From Lepidodermella squamata (taxonomy: Eukaryota > Animalia > Gastrotricha): DNA of 64,000 nucleotides. Position 1 is the stretch's first letter. Every line of letters begins with the position of its first letter. The stretch covers positions 3,100,001 to 3,164,000 of the forward strand of contig JBLDXI010000024.1 of the NCBI GenBank assembly GCA_047495785.1. The letters run 5' to 3'. Positions 60,548 to 64,000 of the stretch are shown in pieces. The notes beneath the pieces were generated by a model. That model saw only the letters and a program-made list of their open reading frames with translations. It did no database searches and was not told the DNA's origin. The position numbers and the translations under genes were made by a program.

Positions 60548-63010
60548 ATGATCATCCTGCAATTTACTTTAGCTTCACTGTTGTGCCTTTCACTTTCTAC
60601 GGCTAAGAAAAAGTACCAAATCTCCATTCTATCTCTGATTGGTAGAACAGGGAATGAGCCAAGAGACGGTCGCGTTTGTCAACTGGCTCAGCAGTTTGTC
60701 TTCGATCAAATCAACAACAGGAGCGATATTTTGGCTGACTATCATCTCGAGGGGGATTTCCAAGACGAAGGTCCAGCTAGTTATTTCGCCTTGAGAAATG
60801 CTGCGACCTATTTTCGCAGATTCGAAAACCAATCTGGCTCTATCATTCCGTCACCAATCGTTTTGGGCACATCCTTCACTCCTGGGTGCAAAGCTCTAGG
60901 ATCTTCTATTCAGTACTTTGATCGTGTGTTAATAACAGCAGCTTGCATCGGGCCGATTTATACCGAAAACCGGCGTGTATTCCCCAACCTCTACCGAACC
61001 CGCCAATCAGCCGAGATGAACACCTATAGCCATATAGCTTTCATGCGAAAAGTCGGTAATTGGTCGAAAATTGGTATCTATGCGAACTCGGCAAATTCTT
61101 TCAACGTTGATTTAGCTCTTCATCTTCTGAACGCGGTAAGAAATCATGAAATCGTGGTTACATACTTTGACATCGCCCCGGGCTACCCAGATTATGTTGC
61201 CGATGCTATGTTGTCTAGTGAAACGAGGATTTTTGCCATTCAAATCGCGGAAATGCCGGTATACGTCAGCTTTCTCTGCATGACTTTCTTGAAAGGCCTT
61301 ACTGGTCCTAGATACTTATTTGTGTTACCTTCGAGCTTGACTATAGACCCAAAATCATTACCTGCAAACATATCCATAGGAGACAATCAATTTTGTACAA
61401 AATCCCAGCTTTTTGAACAGCTGAAGTTCTGCCTGTTCGCTGGAGTCACCGGATCGGCGTTCGAAAATTATGGGAAAGTAACCTTGTTTGAATACGACAA
61501 ACCCAAATTTGAGGCTAAATTTCTCTTGTACTCGAAAATCAGCAATGGTTTCGATTTCGAGGACCGACATCATTGCCATGACAGGGCTCTGCAGTCAGCT
61601 TTGATCCTAGACAGGTCAGAACAGATTTTAAAGAACGATTTCAATATGTCTTTGCTGGACTTTCAAAACAACCCTGCGTTCGTCTTGGATGTGGTCAATA
61701 GCACAGTTTCAAAGATATCCTTTGTCGGATTAAGAAGTGGTCTGCGACAGTACTCGAAACGATTGGAAATCGAAGATGAGGCCGTTTCCTACCTGTCATA
61801 CCAAGAGGAGGATGGATTGAAACTCCGCTACAAAGCTTTCAGGCCGGAAAACTCAAGTTTCGACAACCCTGACTCGTATTCTTATATCAAAGTCTCGGAG
61901 ATGAAATGGATGACATGGAATAAGCTGCCACCTCTTGACTCGGTCAGATACAGGGTAACTATTGAAAACTCACCCAACGGAACGACTTTAACCGTCCTTA
62001 TCATCTCATCTATCCTGGTTGTCTTCAAAGTAGTTGGTTCAGCAGTCAGTTGGTACCTCTATATCACATCGAGAAATTCAAATTTGATAAGCGGTACATA
62101 CGAATTGATAATAATCAAGATTGTAGCGATGATTGGAACAATTTTCCTCGATATCTCAGCGGTTCTTTTTGCGATGGATATCGAAAGGAACTTTGGCTTG
62201 AACTTCATCTGTTCTATACGGATTTTCCTTCTCGTATCCGGCCTGTCTTTAATCCACGCAACGATTGTGGCTAGGTCTTACGCAATGAGAATTTACATGT
62301 ACAGATGCAGGCCTGACTTATTTGCCCCGTCACTAAGGGCTAGCACTGTTTCATTTCACAACAGAAGGACGACAAGGGTTGCACCGGGTTACAGAGTTAC
62401 TTTGGAGAGGTTTACATGGTGGCGATTGTCGAAAGGCCCGACCACAGTGACCATAAGCTTGACAACAGACGAGCCGCTGCCAGTTTTCAACTACTACCGG
62501 TCAATATTGAAGTTCATCGCTGGCTTCATAGTTGTGAACTTGATCTGCCTTTTTTTCATCTTCACGCCGCCTGTTGGACCTGGCTACCCCACCATTCAAT
62601 TGAAAAAGGCATTCCCGGAACCGACATATGATCCTGACCTTGATGAATATATCGACCTGCACTACGTTTCTTGTACGACAAGCAGTGCAAGCAATGTTGA
62701 TACCGGATACGGCGTGTTATTCGCCATTCACCTTCTCATGCTGTTCTACGCCTGCTTTCGCGCCTATGAAATGCGCAATGTTGATAGCAATGCGCATGAC
62801 GCGGTGCTGAAGGACGTGCCCTTCTATCGGGTGGCTAGTTGGAACGCAGCAACTCTGCTCGCCGCCTACGTCTGCGTGCTTCTTGTCCTGGGTTCGCGGC
62901 CCCCTTATTTCGAGAGCTTGTTCATCGTCGCTGCTTTACTTCTTGAATCAATAACTGCCTTCCTCACAACGATCGCTTTTCCTAACTTGGCACAACTGAA
63001 ACTAATTTGA
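60548..63010 (+). CDS. Class C GPCR, GABA-B-like, intronless, copy E (820 aa; inverted paralog of copy A)
   Basis: Colinear with 22993-25458 from MIILQF to NLAQLKLI. Upstream AATTCTACCGTGCTA is also shared. Confidence 0.92.
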   Translation: MIILQFTLASLLCLSLSTAKKKYQISILSLIGRTGNEPRDGRVCQLAQQFVFDQINNRSDILADYHLEGDFQDEGPASYFALRNAATYFRRFENQSGSIIPSPIVLGTSFTPGCKALGSSIQYFDRVLITAACIGPIYTENRRVFPNLYRTRQSAEMNTYSHIAFMRKVGNWSKIGIYANSANSFNVDLALHLLNAVRNHEIVVTYFDIAPGYPDYVADAMLSSETRIFAIQIAEMPVYVSFLCMTFLKGLTGPRYLFVLPSSLTIDPKSLPANISIGDNQFCTKSQLFEQLKFCLFAGVTGSAFENYGKVTLFEYDKPKFEAKFLLYSKISNGFDFEDRHHCHDRALQSALILDRSEQILKNDFNMSLLDFQNNPAFVLDVVNSTVSKISFVGLRSGLRQYSKRLEIEDEAVSYLSYQEEDGLKLRYKAFRPENSSFDNPDSYSYIKVSEMKWMTWNKLPPLDSVRYRVTIENSPNGTTLTVLIISSILVVFKVVGSAVSWYLYITSRNSNLISGTYELIIIKIVAMIGTIFLDISAVLFAMDIERNFGLNFICSIRIFLLVSGLSLIHATIVARSYAMRIYMYRCRPDLFAPSLRASTVSFHNRRTTRVAPGYRVTLERFTWWRLSKGPTTVTISLTTDEPLPVFNYYRSILKFIAGFIVVNLICLFFIFTPPVGPGYPTIQLKKAFPEPTYDPDLDEYIDLHYVSCTTSSASNVDTGYGVLFAIHLLMLFYACFRAYEMRNVDSNAHDAVLKDVPFYRVASWNAATLLAAYVCVLLVLGSRPPYFESLFIVAALLLESITAFLTTIAFPNLAQLKLI

Positions 63011-64000
63011 CACTAAACAAATCAACTAATTCTCGGTTCAAAACTAAAATTGTTCACTGATCATTTTTGTTTTTAGGAAACCTTGCCCTGTTGTATCGCG
63101 TAATTATGATGTAGCCACGTATTACGAATATTAAAAATGTTGACATCCACCACAGATGACTCGCTAGCTCGAATCTGAACTATAACATGCTCATTGCTCA
63201 TATAAAATTTCTTTTTCGATGCTCAGGTAGGCACAATATGCACCACCAACACAATTAATAGAATCCTCGAACTGGAGTTTTCTGAATATTTCCCCTGGAT
63301 TTTTGAAATAACATAATTTTTTTAAATAATTTTGAATAATTTTTGAATAATAATCTGGATGGGTGACCCGGAAAGCGAAGACAACGAGAAAGCGTAAAGC
63401 AAGCCTTGCCATATGATATTTCGAAGCTATAAATGAATGGCGGTATCACAAATCGTTCACCATTAGGCATTAGGCATTTCCAACTTGTTATCTATATGTT
63501 ATCTGATTTTATCTTTCGATGAATTGAGGGTTGTGTAAGACATCCACCCAAGGACATGCATTCGACCCTAAAAATATCCGAGTACGTGATTCCAAATTGT
63601 GGTCTGGTGCTTCAAATACGTGCAATTGCTTTTTCATCAAATCACGATCTTCATGCTAATCAATTTCTGCCTACTCATCATCATCTTCAATAAAATGATG
63701 AACGTCTGATCTGAACCTTTCAAGAGAATGAAAAAACTCAGTCTCTAATTGAAAAGTCATTAAAACGGACTTAAATACTGATCCAGAGGTGATGTTATGT
63801 TGAAAGGAAGGTTTCTAGTTACACATACACGTTTGATGAAATACAACCTAAAATATAAAAGGTAGCGAGATGTAAATTCCTTGGCATTTCCGATGGTATC
63901 AGTCATCAATCGCATGATACAGCGAGTGGGAAAACAAAAGGGTGGTCGCGGTGATCGTTCCCTAGCCTGAAGGAGGATCTTCAGGGAGGCGAATCTTCGG

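Noticed and set aside
63191-63800. Short minus-strand ORFs and coding-like text at the window end
   Set aside because: Multiple stops and no recognisable family. Cannot be supported without a search.
1-64000. rRNA, tRNA or spliced-leader RNA genes
   Set aside because: None recognised by eye. A covariance-model scan would be needed to exclude them.

Overview
Compact invertebrate animal nuclear DNA: AT-rich, mostly 45-65 nt GT-AG introns, often with TTTCAG/TTTTAG acceptors. It looks nematode-like, but the taxon cannot be fixed from sequence alone. The window is dominated by a receptor cluster. Eight co-oriented (+) Cys-loop nicotinic acetylcholine receptor alpha-type genes (all YxCC, cation-type GEK filter, Cys-loop split by an 11-nt microexon) and a 3' remnant of a ninth are interleaved with five GABA-B-like class C GPCR genes (three intronless; two with two introns, one of which is frameshifted). 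Also present: three tandem small secreted PLA2-like genes (one with a GT-TG intron), an orphan ankyrin terminal exon, an AIG1/GIMAP GTPase, a duplicated orphan secreted ORF, a divergent nuclear receptor (P-box CEACQK), two tandem kinase-ankyrin genes (one with DFG->GFG), and several non-autonomous DNA transposons (two with exact 9-bp TSDs). Gene models were spliced by hand and family assignments come from motifs, not database searches.
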